Shown: piece after piece, positions 15,667 to 24,824 of the stretch
How the letters are laid out: each line of letters starts with the position of its first letter
Position numbering within the stretch: the first letter of the stretch is position 1
Origin: a virus
Taxonomy: Duplodnaviria > Caudoviricetes
DNA: 34,099 nucleotides
Virus record (IMG/VR): IMGVR_UViG_3300020044_007128
Span: 1 to 34,099 of that record
Strand: one strand, 5' to 3'
Position numbers and translations under genes: made by a program
The notes under the pieces: model-generated
What the model saw: the letters and a program-made list of their open reading frames with translations, nothing else
Databases searched by the model: none
Told to the model about the DNA's origin: nothing

Positions 15667-15807
15667 CTATCTGTAACTCTCAGTAACAACGTGATCGGAA
15701 CAGTAACAATTCTTTGCAAAAGGAGCGTTTGGACATAGGCAATTTTTGACGTACAGGAAGACAGCTATTGCTATCACGATTGCGAGCCCGATTAGTAATT
15801 TTTTCAT
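15667..15807 (-). CDS. 46-aa membrane-anchored Cys-rich protein in the lysis cassette
   Basis: Hand-translated MKKLLIGLAIVIAIAVFLYVKNCLCPNAPFAKNCYCSDHVVTESYR; TGATG overlap with the endolysin stop; fills the gap. Confidence 0.65.
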   Translation of the reverse strand: MKKLLIGLAIVIAIAVFLYVKNCLCPNAPFAKNCYCSDHVVTESYR

Positions 15808-16340
15808 CAGATAAGCCTGTAGTATTCGTTTGCTAAATCCGCTATTTTTTGAGCGTGATCAGTGCCGTTAATAATTTTACGCGCACCCACGTAATCGGTT
15901 TTTGTCTCGTTGATATAGTCAGACAGCTTTTTGCCGGTGAATATGCCGTGCTCCATTCCGTATATCATTGCGAATAGCGCGTTGTCGTGCTCAAGCATTC
16001 GATCAGCCGCAGACATCCCAGACGTAAAGTCTTGTTTCAGAATGTTTTCGAATTTCAGGTAATTTTTTCGCCACGTGATTTGGATATATCCGCGACCCGG
16101 GAATAAAACGCCATCCCCAGGCAATGCACCCATCTTTTTAGCAAGTGCAGCGCGCTTTGGATCAGTGGATTCTGGGTCGTACATTTTGGTAAAATAAAGC
16201 TTACTCCCATACTCCATTATTGGTTTCATAGTTGCTGCTGTTTCGTGCCAGCATGTGGCCAGCATATAAGCAAGATGACGCTTATCGCCAGTCCATGCGT
16301 CGATTATCTTTTGAGTGTTGCCGCGCTTAAGGTCAATCAT
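15807..16340 (-). CDS. Endolysin, GH19/chitinase-like
   Basis: LAYMLATCWHET, GDG..FPGRGYIQITWRKNY, ARKIINGTD motifs. Confidence 0.9.
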   Translation of the reverse strand: MIDLKRGNTQKIIDAWTGDKRHLAYMLATCWHETAATMKPIMEYGSKLYFTKMYDPESTDPKRAALAKKMGALPGDGVLFPGRGYIQITWRKNYLKFENILKQDFTSGMSAADRMLEHDNALFAMIYGMEHGIFTGKKLSDYINETKTDYVGARKIINGTDHAQKIADLANEYYRLI

Positions 16341-16591
16341 TGTTTTTCTTCCCGCAGGTTATTAATCCGTATTACTCGCTCAGCAATCTCAAGTTTGTTT
16401 ATTTCTATTTGCTGCTCGTTTTTTACAACTGATTGCTTGTGGTGGCGGATGACATAGATAAGCGCAATAACACCAAGAAGGGCAGAAAGTTTGCCGATAT
16501 TGTCAGGAATCAAGTCTATCAGCCACGCGAGATTAATCCCGAGCGTTGTTGCGATTGTTGCGATTGATGCCTTTGTTTCTGACCAGTTCAC
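16337..16591 (-). CDS. Putative holin
   Basis: Two TM segments, charged C-terminus, coupled to the endolysin start. Confidence 0.65.
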   Translation of the reverse strand: MNWSETKASIATIATTLGINLAWLIDLIPDNIGKLSALLGVIALIYVIRHHKQSVVKNEQQIEINKLEIAERVIRINNLREEKQ

Positions 16592-16989
16592 GCAATGCCC
16601 TCCATGTTGTGATGCCTGCGTATATCGTCACGGCGGCGATTATAATTAATGCTGCAATCTGTTCTGCGTCCAATCATCACCCCTATGCTCAGCAGTATCA
16701 GTAATTCAACAGCAAAAGCAAGGTTTGATATGTCAGCGATCAATATCTGTGCACCTATCATTCCGGGCTGCCACCGTAGTGCAATTATTGCACAGACGAG
16801 ACACACAAAAAACTCAATTGCAATTATCAATGCCAGCTCTTTGCAATCTTTTCTGCAGTAGTCGCATACAGCAACAATAAAGCCGCTTTTTATCGCGGCT
16901 TCGGCTAAATATGCAAATGACATTTCAGAAAAAAACATCGGAGACATGTAAATCGCAATCACAGTTAAAAATGCAAATGCAAATCTCAT
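16588..16989 (-). CDS. Multi-pass (about 4 TM) membrane protein
   Basis: Four hydrophobic segments, Arg-rich tail; overlaps the holin start. Confidence 0.7.
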   Translation of the reverse strand: MRFAFAFLTVIAIYMSPMFFSEMSFAYLAEAAIKSGFIVAVCDYCRKDCKELALIIAIEFFVCLVCAIIALRWQPGMIGAQILIADISNLAFAVELLILLSIGVMIGRRTDCSINYNRRRDDIRRHHNMEGIA

Positions 16990-16991
16990 AG

Positions 16992-17123
16992 TTATTCCTG
17001 CTTTTCGTGTTCTTCTTCCGGAGGATTGCCACCACCTCCGCCACTAGAACTTGATGATCCGCCACCGCTCGGAGGATTTGGTGGTGGTGCTGGTGACATT
17101 GAGTAGATCGGTAAAATTGGCAT
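16992..17123 (-). CDS. 43-aa Pro/Gly/Ser-rich peptide
   Basis: Hand-translated MPILPIYSMSPAPPPNPPSGGGSSSSSGGGGGNPPEEEHEKQE; GGAG RBS; stop 2 nt before the next ATG. Confidence 0.7.
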   Translation of the reverse strand: MPILPIYSMSPAPPPNPPSGGGSSSSSGGGGGNPPEEEHEKQE

Positions 17124-17151
17124 AGCAAGCTCCAGAAATTAATGGAAGTTT

Positions 17152-17160
17152 ATTTTAGCA
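17152..17160 (-). promoter_or_regulatory. Putative extended -10 promoter TGCTAAAAT
   Basis: TGn plus TAAAAT about 30 nt upstream of ATG 17123; no good -35. Confidence 0.4.
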
Positions 17161-17165
17161 TAGGA

Positions 17166-19376
17166 TCAGTATTCAACCCAATAATCATTGCTTTGACTGT
17201 TGATAAAGTGCTTTGATGCTCCAGACGCAATTGTAGTTGCGGCATTGTACGCAAGTCCTAAAATCCTTTCGCCAGAAAATGGATACACTTGTATTGTGCT
17301 GCCACCCTGATTTGCAACGATTATCACATCGACTTCTTGTGATGCTGTTATTTGCGGTAGTATGACACTAGAATTAAGCGCTCCGCCTTGACAGATTACA
17401 CACTTGGTTCTGATTTTTGTGGCTGTAACTTGTGTACCTGCTGCATTTGGCGTGATTATTGGCTGGCTTTTTACCACCAAACGATTTACCGGCACGGCAT
17501 TTCCGCTGTGCGAGATTGCAAGCTGAGCAGTATTCGATTCATCAGCTAAGTTGCCGCTGCTATAATTTCCGACCAGTGATCCATGTTTAGCAGATCCAAA
17601 ATCAACAGGATAGTAATTAACGTCAGATTCTTGCGAGCTAGACAGCAGAAATGTGTTATTTTGCACATTAACGCCATCGCTAGTTCCCGATCCAAATTTC
17701 ACATAATTTGTTCCGCTGTTATTTTCAAAATACATAGCTTCAACTGTGACGCCATTCCCTGTTGCAATTTCTGCGAGCGGGACGGTAGTATTTTGACAAA
17801 GACCTGACTCAATGCTTGACCCTCTCAAAACACCAGTGAATTTAAAACCCAGTCCAGCGCTCTCAAATTCGCAATCAACAACTCTAATATCATACCCATC
17901 TAAATTTTCTAAAAATGTGCCGTTATTGCCCCTAAAGTGGCATCGGTAGAACTTGATTGACTGCCAAAAATCTGTGCCCATCCCTCCGCGAAACCCTCTA
18001 AATCTACACTCCTCGAATGCAAGTCGCAGATATTTTTCATTGAAAATGTAAGCTGACGCACTAGCAATTGTGTTCTCGAAAACGATATTTTTAAAAACAG
18101 TAAACTCTGTGACAGGTGATTTTGTATAAAGACCAGCAGCTGGACCATAGGCTGCGCGGCTGTCAAATAGAGTGAATCCTGTGCTAGTCAAAAAGCCGGA
18201 TGACTTGCCCTCCCCCTCGATCACAAACAGATTAACAGTAGCGTCAACAGCTCTGTCAATATAAAGCACTGAATTGATTTTCGATCTGCCATCGACTATC
18301 AGTTTTTTTGCCGGAATCGATGCAGGTTGTGGCAAGCAGTAGTCAATAGCTGCTTGCATTGCAACTGTGTCATCTGTTGTGCCGTCAAGTCGGCATCCGA
18401 ACCAAGATGTTTTTCCCGCACTATCCGCGCCTAGTCTTTTTAGCCTCACACCAGTGGTTCCGCTTGCAAAAATGGTTCCGTTGTTTGGCGTGTCTGTACT
18501 GGCATATGCCTCCAGCTCGCCGCCCCCCTTCCCTGTTCCTGCATGATACTCCTTAAGATAATAAGTCCTCCCCACCACTACCGGAGTGGATGCTAGTGCG
18601 GAGAAGTTTTCGATTACTGTAGGTTTATCAGACAGCTCATCATCAATTTTTGCTTGTAAATTTTCAGATGTGATGTACTTAGTGTCGTCTGTTCCAGCCA
18701 TCGTTTCGGCGTTACTTGCTTTTAATGCAGCCAGATTTGCAGGGGTTACAGCCTCATCAGTTGCTACTTGCGCCAATGTAGATGCGTTGCTTGCAGTTTC
18801 AATAGTGCCGGAGTACCCAACGGCGGAAACTTGTTTGATTGCGTCAAAATAGGTCGATGCCCCAAGCATAGAAACTGTGTTGTCAGCGTTCTTTCTTGGG
18901 AAAGATACGGACGCCCCATCGGCAGCCTGCATAAACGCCTTGCCTGCGTTGGTAGGGACAAGTAAATCGTCTAGCTGTGCGCCGCCTGTGTCAGTAAAAA
19001 TAGCCAATGATCCGGCGACCGAAACGTCTGGACCAATAACAAAACCAACATCTCTATATTCAAGCTGATATGTTGCAGTATTCCCATTATCCAAAGCTAT
19101 ATCATCAACCCCAGGCGCAAGATTGGTTATCTGATAAAGCCTGTATTCTGTCTCTTTGCATCTTACCCATGTTGGGTTGTCTTCATCCGCCTCTAAATCT
19201 GCATTCTGCAAAAGCTCGATAGTTGGATAGATAAACGGCGAAAAACTTTCATCTTTTATCTGCGCAAATAGATCTGGTTTTGGTATTTCTCTATCAACGC
19301 CATTTCCGAACACATTAAATGAGTAATCGTCTGGAACTCTATTGATCGCAATAAATTCTGATTTTTTCTTGCTCAT
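17166..19376 (-). CDS. Tailspike / receptor-binding protein with pectate-lyase-like beta-helix
   Basis: WFGCRLDGTTDDTVAMQAAIDY beta-helix cap motif, beta-rich repeats, N-terminal fibre-like repeats. Confidence 0.8.
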   Translation of the reverse strand: MSKKKSEFIAINRVPDDYSFNVFGNGVDREIPKPDLFAQIKDESFSPFIYPTIELLQNADLEADEDNPTWVRCKETEYRLYQITNLAPGVDDIALDNGNTATYQLEYRDVGFVIGPDVSVAGSLAIFTDTGGAQLDDLLVPTNAGKAFMQAADGASVSFPRKNADNTVSMLGASTYFDAIKQVSAVGYSGTIETASNASTLAQVATDEAVTPANLAALKASNAETMAGTDDTKYITSENLQAKIDDELSDKPTVIENFSALASTPVVVGRTYYLKEYHAGTGKGGGELEAYASTDTPNNGTIFASGTTGVRLKRLGADSAGKTSWFGCRLDGTTDDTVAMQAAIDYCLPQPASIPAKKLIVDGRSKINSVLYIDRAVDATVNLFVIEGEGKSSGFLTSTGFTLFDSRAAYGPAAGLYTKSPVTEFTVFKNIVFENTIASASAYIFNEKYLRLAFEECRFRGFRGGMGTDFWQSIKFYRCHFRGNNGTFLENLDGYDIRVVDCEFESAGLGFKFTGVLRGSSIESGLCQNTTVPLAEIATGNGVTVEAMYFENNSGTNYVKFGSGTSDGVNVQNNTFLLSSSQESDVNYYPVDFGSAKHGSLVGNYSSGNLADESNTAQLAISHSGNAVPVNRLVVKSQPIITPNAAGTQVTATKIRTKCVICQGGALNSSVILPQITASQEVDVIIVANQGGSTIQVYPFSGERILGLAYNAATTIASGASKHFINSQSNDYWVEY

Positions 19377-20440
19377 TAGTTTGGCACTCCGATGGCTTTA
19401 ATATATCCAGCTTCAACTGTTGTTCCTGTCGCTGACGACACAGCTTGAGACCATTTTAAGGCCAAGCTTGTTGCACCACTCTCTAGTCTCACCATTGCGT
19501 TAAATGTGATATAAGAGTCTGCGCCAGCAAGCCCGGCAGTGAATGATGCGGATATGCTACCATCTTTTGCGACCGGAGTTGTAACGCTGTCTGTCTGCGA
19601 AAATATACAGCTAAATATTGCATTGTTGACACCATCGTCAAGCGTCAATTTAATTCCGTTGCCTGCGCCACCACCTGCATCATTCCACCGAATTTGACCC
19701 TCTACAGCATAAATCCATCCAGTTGTAAGCCCTGTTAAAACAAGATCTGGATCTGCTGTTTCGGTAGTTGTTGAGGATCTTGCAGTTGAGCTGTTTTTTC
19801 TTGCCATGAACGTCAAATTTCTGGCAATTATATCCTCTGTGACAGTTAGGTCTCCGGTTACAGTATTATTAAAGCTCAGATCATCCCAAGATGCTCCTGG
19901 CGGGGTATTTGTGTTTCCCGCAATATTCGAGGCATACAGTCGTCCATCAAGTATAACTATTTCATCATTCGCATAGCCGCCAACTTTGTCGGGGTTGAAG
20001 TATTCAATGATCGCTATTTTTGACCACTCACCCGCTGATGATGGATTTGTTGGTTCATTGCCTTTATTTCCGTTGGTCTGTGATCTGTAATAGAACCCAT
20101 CAGAACCTCTGGCGATTTCATTTATGATGTAGGTCTTTTGGGAATTCCAAAGGTCAAATTGCGAGGATTCAGAACTGAAATCAACATCGCGAGACCATTG
20201 CAAAACACCGGCAGCGTCATAGTATTTAACCCTGTACTCGCCGTCACCAAAAATGCTTGGAACCCTACCCTCTCCGCTTAGCGTTACTGGATTTGTTAGT
20301 GCTGATGCACCATCAGAATCACTGTAAACATTCTTTAACGTAGTATCACTGCCAGATTCATAAAAATATAGCTTTCCAGCCGATCCTAAATCGCCATTCG
20401 TTTTTAAAAGTTGAGGTACTGGGTTTACAAATCGTTTCAT
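19376..20440 (-). CDS. Tail fibre/adaptor with head-binding-like N-terminus and CBM-like repeats
   Basis: GKLYFYESGS...VYSD...TNPVTLSGEGR; WNSQKTYIINEIARGSDGFYYRS and a second similar unit. Confidence 0.7.
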   Translation of the reverse strand: MKRFVNPVPQLLKTNGDLGSAGKLYFYESGSDTTLKNVYSDSDGASALTNPVTLSGEGRVPSIFGDGEYRVKYYDAAGVLQWSRDVDFSSESSQFDLWNSQKTYIINEIARGSDGFYYRSQTNGNKGNEPTNPSSAGEWSKIAIIEYFNPDKVGGYANDEIVILDGRLYASNIAGNTNTPPGASWDDLSFNNTVTGDLTVTEDIIARNLTFMARKNSSTARSSTTTETADPDLVLTGLTTGWIYAVEGQIRWNDAGGGAGNGIKLTLDDGVNNAIFSCIFSQTDSVTTPVAKDGSISASFTAGLAGADSYITFNAMVRLESGATSLALKWSQAVSSATGTTVEAGYIKAIGVPN

Positions 20441-22350
20441 TCTGGCTCCGATTGCGGCTCTATTGCCGCTGCTCTATTTAATTCAGCCTCAAGCCTTGCT
20501 GCTAATTTCTCAAACGCCGTCGATCCTTTTTCAACGCCCTGCATTCTGGCAAGAATATCTCTAACAGCTTTTGATTCGTAGGCTCTTGACATTAATCCAT
20601 AGCCAGCAAATCCAGCCGTTCCAGCTCCGCCAGTTGCGCCAATGTCGGCCATTATAGCAACTGGGGCTCCGATTTGTATTGATTCCTGTCCAGATTTTGT
20701 TACAACTCCAGCCCTACCGGCCTCTTTTGTGTAAGCTAAGTAATTGATAAGCCCGTTAAGGTCTCTCCCTTCTTTTCCGCTAAAAAAGACACTGGCTTGG
20801 TTTTTTAATCTCTTCATTTCGCTCAAAAACTTATCAGGGCTTCCGTCTGATTTCTCAAATGCACGCTGTATAATTGCCGCCCTTGCGTTTTTTCTTCCTA
20901 CGGTGTCCAGCGACGAAAACAGCACTTTAACTTCATCTTCATCACTAAAAAGCATCTTGCTAGCTTCTCCGGGCTTTACGCTCCCTTTGTTGAATATGTT
21001 TTTTAGCTTTGTGTTTTTTAGCTCTGATGCTTCTCTTGCCCAAACAGCATCGGCTTGCTTCATGCTGGCGGCCGCATCTGGGCCAAGCTTTGACGATACA
21101 GCCCTAGTGATATCATCTGACATTGCTTTATATACGCTATCAATTATTCTCTGTTCTGTATCAGTAACCACCGGAGAATCACCTTTTATGGTTTCTCGAA
21201 ACTTGGTGCGGTTTTCTCTCAATAAATTTATGTTTTGCGCCCCAGATGCTATATCACTTCTAACATTTTTTAGGGTGTTCACTAATTTTGGGTTTTGTAT
21301 AGCTCCGGCTTTAGTTAATCTTGCTATCTGATTATTAATAATGTTGATAGTTGAGCTTGGTGATATAACAGTATCACCCATCTGGCTCGCTATTTGGGTA
21401 TAGCGCTTACCAGCAGCGTTTGCGATTTTGTCAGATTTTCGCATCAATGAATCAAATATTTCTTTTTCGCTCGGGGCGCCATATTGCTCATATGTGGACT
21501 TAATGGCCTGCGTTCTCGCTGCCTGCTGCTCCGCCCTGATGCCTCCGGTTCCAGCAACTGGTATCTTTTCAGCCAATGACTGCGCAGCCCTGCCTGCAAA
21601 TGTTTGGGGCGGTGAGATATCGCTGGTCAATAGCGGCAAATCCTTATCCTGAGAGTATCGAATTGCGCTTTCGGCTTCTGCGGTTGGCTTTCCAACAACA
21701 CTACGATAAGCAGCTCCTGCAGCTTGGGTTATTGGTTTAAGCACTAATGGTGCAGCGCCACCAAAGGCCGCGCCCATTTTTGCATTCTCGATAGCCGACT
21801 CATCGTCAAGGGTAGGCTGGATATATCCAATACCTGCACCTTCAGCTGCACCCCTTATCATTTGTATCGGCAATTTAGCCTGCGCGCCAGGAATCGGTAT
21901 TGCTGCCATTTGGCCACCGATATTCCCGACCGTTGATAAAATTGGTCTTGCCTCTTGTATCGGCTCGTATGACTCCCGAGCTTGGGTCTCTCGCTTGTTG
22001 TACCCGGCTAGATCTTGCGAAAGCTTTATAGCCTCAGACTGCATTTTATCAAGCTTGCTCAGATTCTCCCTGTTCACAGGGATTGATCCTGATTGCATAT
22101 CTGCGTCTAATTGTGATGCCATGCTGTTTAGTTGGTCTAGGCGATAGTTATAAAGTTTCTGTGCGCTGCCACCTAACGCCTGCTCAACTCCTCGAACAAA
22201 ACCTTTTCCTACAGCCTCAGCTCTCCCAACCGGCTCTGCCTGATCATATTGACCAGACTTTAACGCATTAGCCAAAGCTTTTGCGGCGGCCTGATCGCCA
22301 GCGGCATGAGCATTTCTTAGCGCGCTTTCTAGCTTTTCTTTAGTCGGCAT
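20437..22350 (-). CDS. DNA ejection protein (P22 gp16-like)
   Basis: Ala/Gly-rich helical protein; ALRNAHAAGD N-terminus; LLTSDISPPQTFAGRAAQSLAEKIPVAGTG; synteny. Confidence 0.75.
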   Translation of the reverse strand: MPTKEKLESALRNAHAAGDQAAAKALANALKSGQYDQAEPVGRAEAVGKGFVRGVEQALGGSAQKLYNYRLDQLNSMASQLDADMQSGSIPVNRENLSKLDKMQSEAIKLSQDLAGYNKRETQARESYEPIQEARPILSTVGNIGGQMAAIPIPGAQAKLPIQMIRGAAEGAGIGYIQPTLDDESAIENAKMGAAFGGAAPLVLKPITQAAGAAYRSVVGKPTAEAESAIRYSQDKDLPLLTSDISPPQTFAGRAAQSLAEKIPVAGTGGIRAEQQAARTQAIKSTYEQYGAPSEKEIFDSLMRKSDKIANAAGKRYTQIASQMGDTVISPSSTINIINNQIARLTKAGAIQNPKLVNTLKNVRSDIASGAQNINLLRENRTKFRETIKGDSPVVTDTEQRIIDSVYKAMSDDITRAVSSKLGPDAAASMKQADAVWAREASELKNTKLKNIFNKGSVKPGEASKMLFSDEDEVKVLFSSLDTVGRKNARAAIIQRAFEKSDGSPDKFLSEMKRLKNQASVFFSGKEGRDLNGLINYLAYTKEAGRAGVVTKSGQESIQIGAPVAIMADIGATGGAGTAGFAGYGLMSRAYESKAVRDILARMQGVEKGSTAFEKLAARLEAELNRAAAIEPQSEPE

Positions 22351-23467
22351 ACTGATTTACCAGATCGTCAATTGATATTTGAGGCGCTGGCGCTTGATTC
22401 TGTGGGGTAAATGATTGCCCTGCATTTCCGTATATTCTTGCCATGGCCGATTCCAATGCTGCCTCGGCTTCATCCGGGCTGATATTGGGATTGGCAAGGG
22501 TTGTTGCTGATGCCAAAATAGCATCGGCTTCTGTGTTAGATATAGCGCCCTGCCCTGCCAGCTGTCCTCTTGCTGCAAGGTTCAGCATACCGATAAGCTG
22601 GTCGCGCTGAACCATTAAATCAACGCCTTTTTGCGATCTGAGAACCTCTGGATACCACTTTTCTCCTTTGCCATAAATCAAATCTAGATCAGACGATCCT
22701 AGAGATTTGTATATACGCTGCGCATCAGCAAGAGTTGTCATCTGCCCCTGCTGCTTAAATAGTTTCTCAGCCTCAAGCTTGGCTTTTGTTCTTGCATCAG
22801 TGGTTAATCTTTCAATTTCCGGCTGTGTGCTCTTAATGACATTTTGCTCAGCCTGCTTTTTAGCTCCTGATTCAGCCGCCAGCTGCCCAACCCTCTCGCT
22901 AGCAGTTAAGCCATAGCCACCAGCAACAGACAATTTTCCTACCGGCTTGGTGTCACTACCATCGACAGCGGCAACAACCCCGGTAACTTGACCAGTTCTT
23001 GGGTCGCGCTTGCTTGTCGAGAAGAATAGATTACCCTGCTCATCCTTTAGGGTTTCTTGGGCGCCGAATTGCTGCTGAGTCTGATTCTGTGGCACAACTG
23101 AAGACAAAACAGCGTCAGTCTGACCGATCAACTGATCAAGGCCAGCATCATCCATAGGTGTTTGTGCCAAAACATCAGGAGTCACACCAATGGAGGCTAG
23201 CATTTGCTGATCAAGTGATTGCACAAATTGCTGGCGTGCTTCCGGCGGTGTTTGTCTGGCCTGCTTCATCAGTCGATTCATTATCCGAAGATTGCGCATG
23301 TTCATCTGGAAATCTGTGTCAGCATTGCCTTGTTGCATAGCTTGATTTTGTAGATTCCCGCGCTGAAGCTGTTGATTAGCCTGCATTCCGCCAAGGATGT
23401 CCTGACCTAGATTGATGCGCTCCGGCTGTCCGATTTGCGCAGTAATAGGGGATAACATTCCTACCAT
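22340..23467 (-). CDS. DNA ejection protein (gp20 position)
   Basis: Gln-rich; GQGAISNTE motif; synteny. Confidence 0.65.
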   Translation of the reverse strand: MVGMLSPITAQIGQPERINLGQDILGGMQANQQLQRGNLQNQAMQQGNADTDFQMNMRNLRIMNRLMKQARQTPPEARQQFVQSLDQQMLASIGVTPDVLAQTPMDDAGLDQLIGQTDAVLSSVVPQNQTQQQFGAQETLKDEQGNLFFSTSKRDPRTGQVTGVVAAVDGSDTKPVGKLSVAGGYGLTASERVGQLAAESGAKKQAEQNVIKSTQPEIERLTTDARTKAKLEAEKLFKQQGQMTTLADAQRIYKSLGSSDLDLIYGKGEKWYPEVLRSQKGVDLMVQRDQLIGMLNLAARGQLAGQGAISNTEADAILASATTLANPNISPDEAEAALESAMARIYGNAGQSFTPQNQAPAPQISIDDLVNQYAD

Positions 23468-23799
23468 TACATTCTCCCGCCAAGAAAGTTAAAATTTCTG
23501 AATCTATCACGAATATTCAAAGGGATATTTTGCGGAGCTTGAATTTGTGCTTGCGGCTGCATTTGTGGCATCTGCTGAGGCGTAAAGTTAGGCATCATTC
23601 CACGCACTGATTGAGCAAAAGCAGGATTATAGCTTGTGCCTTGCATCTGTGGCATTAGCATATTTTGCTGCGGCTGATACATAAATTGCATCGGAGACAG
23701 CATGTTTTGCTGTGGTTGCGGTTGATTTTGGGTGATTCCGCCAATCATTCCGCGCTGATAATCGCCCTGCCTAAGTCTTTGCATCATGGGGGTCATCAT
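23467..23799 (-). CDS. Gln/Met/Pro-rich low-complexity protein
   Basis: Fills the gap between ejection genes, coupled at both ends. Confidence 0.65.
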   Translation of the reverse strand: MMTPMMQRLRQGDYQRGMIGGITQNQPQPQQNMLSPMQFMYQPQQNMLMPQMQGTSYNPAFAQSVRGMMPNFTPQQMPQMQPQAQIQAPQNIPLNIRDRFRNFNFLGGRM

Positions 23800-23801
23800 A
23801 A

Positions 23802-24824
23802 TTACCTTTGCTGAGCTAACCAGTTTTGATAGGCTGATCCAGTATAACCGCCTTGGGTATTACCTCCACCAGACATGGCACCACCAAATGTTCCACCCAT
23901 GCCAGCATAGGTGCTAAGTCCAGCACTTAGATCTTGCGCCCACGCCGGAGCATTCTGCGCTGCGTATAAATTTCCGCCAGATTGCGCCACACCTAAATTT
24001 TGCGCCAATTGGCTTTGCTCACTTCCAGCCCCTGTGTAAATATTCCCAGCAGTAGTTCCTTCATTTGCATATAATTGTGATATTCCCTGCTGTGTTCCAC
24101 TGAGCAAATTAGCCTGCTGCCCGTAAATTCCAGCAACATCCCCGGCTTTTGATGCGTTCAAGTTGGCAAGGATTTGACCCATATTTTGACGAATACCAGA
24201 GATAGCTCCCGTAGCAGCATCGCCGCGATCAGTGAATCCAGAAAGTCGATTGTAATAATTGCCGTAATCCTGAAGCGCACCACCAAGCGCATTCTCTTGC
24301 AAGGCCTGCATAACGCCGGTTTGTGCATCAAGACCACCACCAAGGGCGGCGGCATTATTCAATATAGATTGTTGTTGGCGCTTTTGAAGCCATTCGGTTC
24401 CGGGAGAGGATTGGAATTCAGCATAAGCCTGTCTTTGTGCATCAGCGCCAAGCAGCCCATTCAATGCAGCTTGTTTGTAAGATGACATTTGGCCGGTTTC
24501 GTAGGCAGGTTGGTATAATTCTTCTGCGCCGCCAAATCCTTGTTGTATGTCACCGCGAGCCAGATCATAGCCTTGAGACAAGACATTTCCAGCCTGATCA
24601 AGCAAAAGTCCGCCTTGTTGCGCGCCCTGAGCCAAAGCTCCTCGCGCATTTGCAAATGATGGCTGCAGGTAATTTATGGCTTTTTCTGTGAATTCACGCT
24701 GCTGCTCTTGTGCAGCTTGAACGCCTTTCGCCTGTGTCTTTGCCGCACCTTTTGCAGCATCACCTTGTTTTTTAGCGCTATATGCACTTACCGCCATCGC
24801 TCCAACTGCTACTGCTGCTGGCAT
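23802..24824 (-). CDS. DNA ejection protein (P22 gp7-like)
   Basis: Gly/Ala/Gln-rich; AAKGAAKTQA, FQSSPG, NAAALGG motifs. Confidence 0.75.
   Translation of the reverse strand: MPAAVAVGAMAVSAYSAKKQGDAAKGAAKTQAKGVQAAQEQQREFTEKAINYLQPSFANARGALAQGAQQGGLLLDQAGNVLSQGYDLARGDIQQGFGGAEELYQPAYETGQMSSYKQAALNGLLGADAQRQAYAEFQSSPGTEWLQKRQQQSILNNAAALGGGLDAQTGVMQALQENALGGALQDYGNYYNRLSGFTDRGDAATGAISGIRQNMGQILANLNASKAGDVAGIYGQQANLLSGTQQGISQLYANEGTTAGNIYTGAGSEQSQLAQNLGVAQSGGNLYAAQNAPAWAQDLSAGLSTYAGMGGTFGGAMSGGGNTQGGYTGSAYQNWLAQQR

Noticed and set aside
16925-17128. 67-aa minus-strand ORF from the track
   Set aside because: Its TTG start abuts the RBS and it overlaps the next gene; the 43-aa frame from ATG 17123 fits RBS spacing and gene packing better.
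20744-21331. 195-aa plus-strand ORF and other plus-strand ORFs across 15000-34000
   Set aside because: Antisense shadows of well-supported structural genes, with no recognisable motifs.
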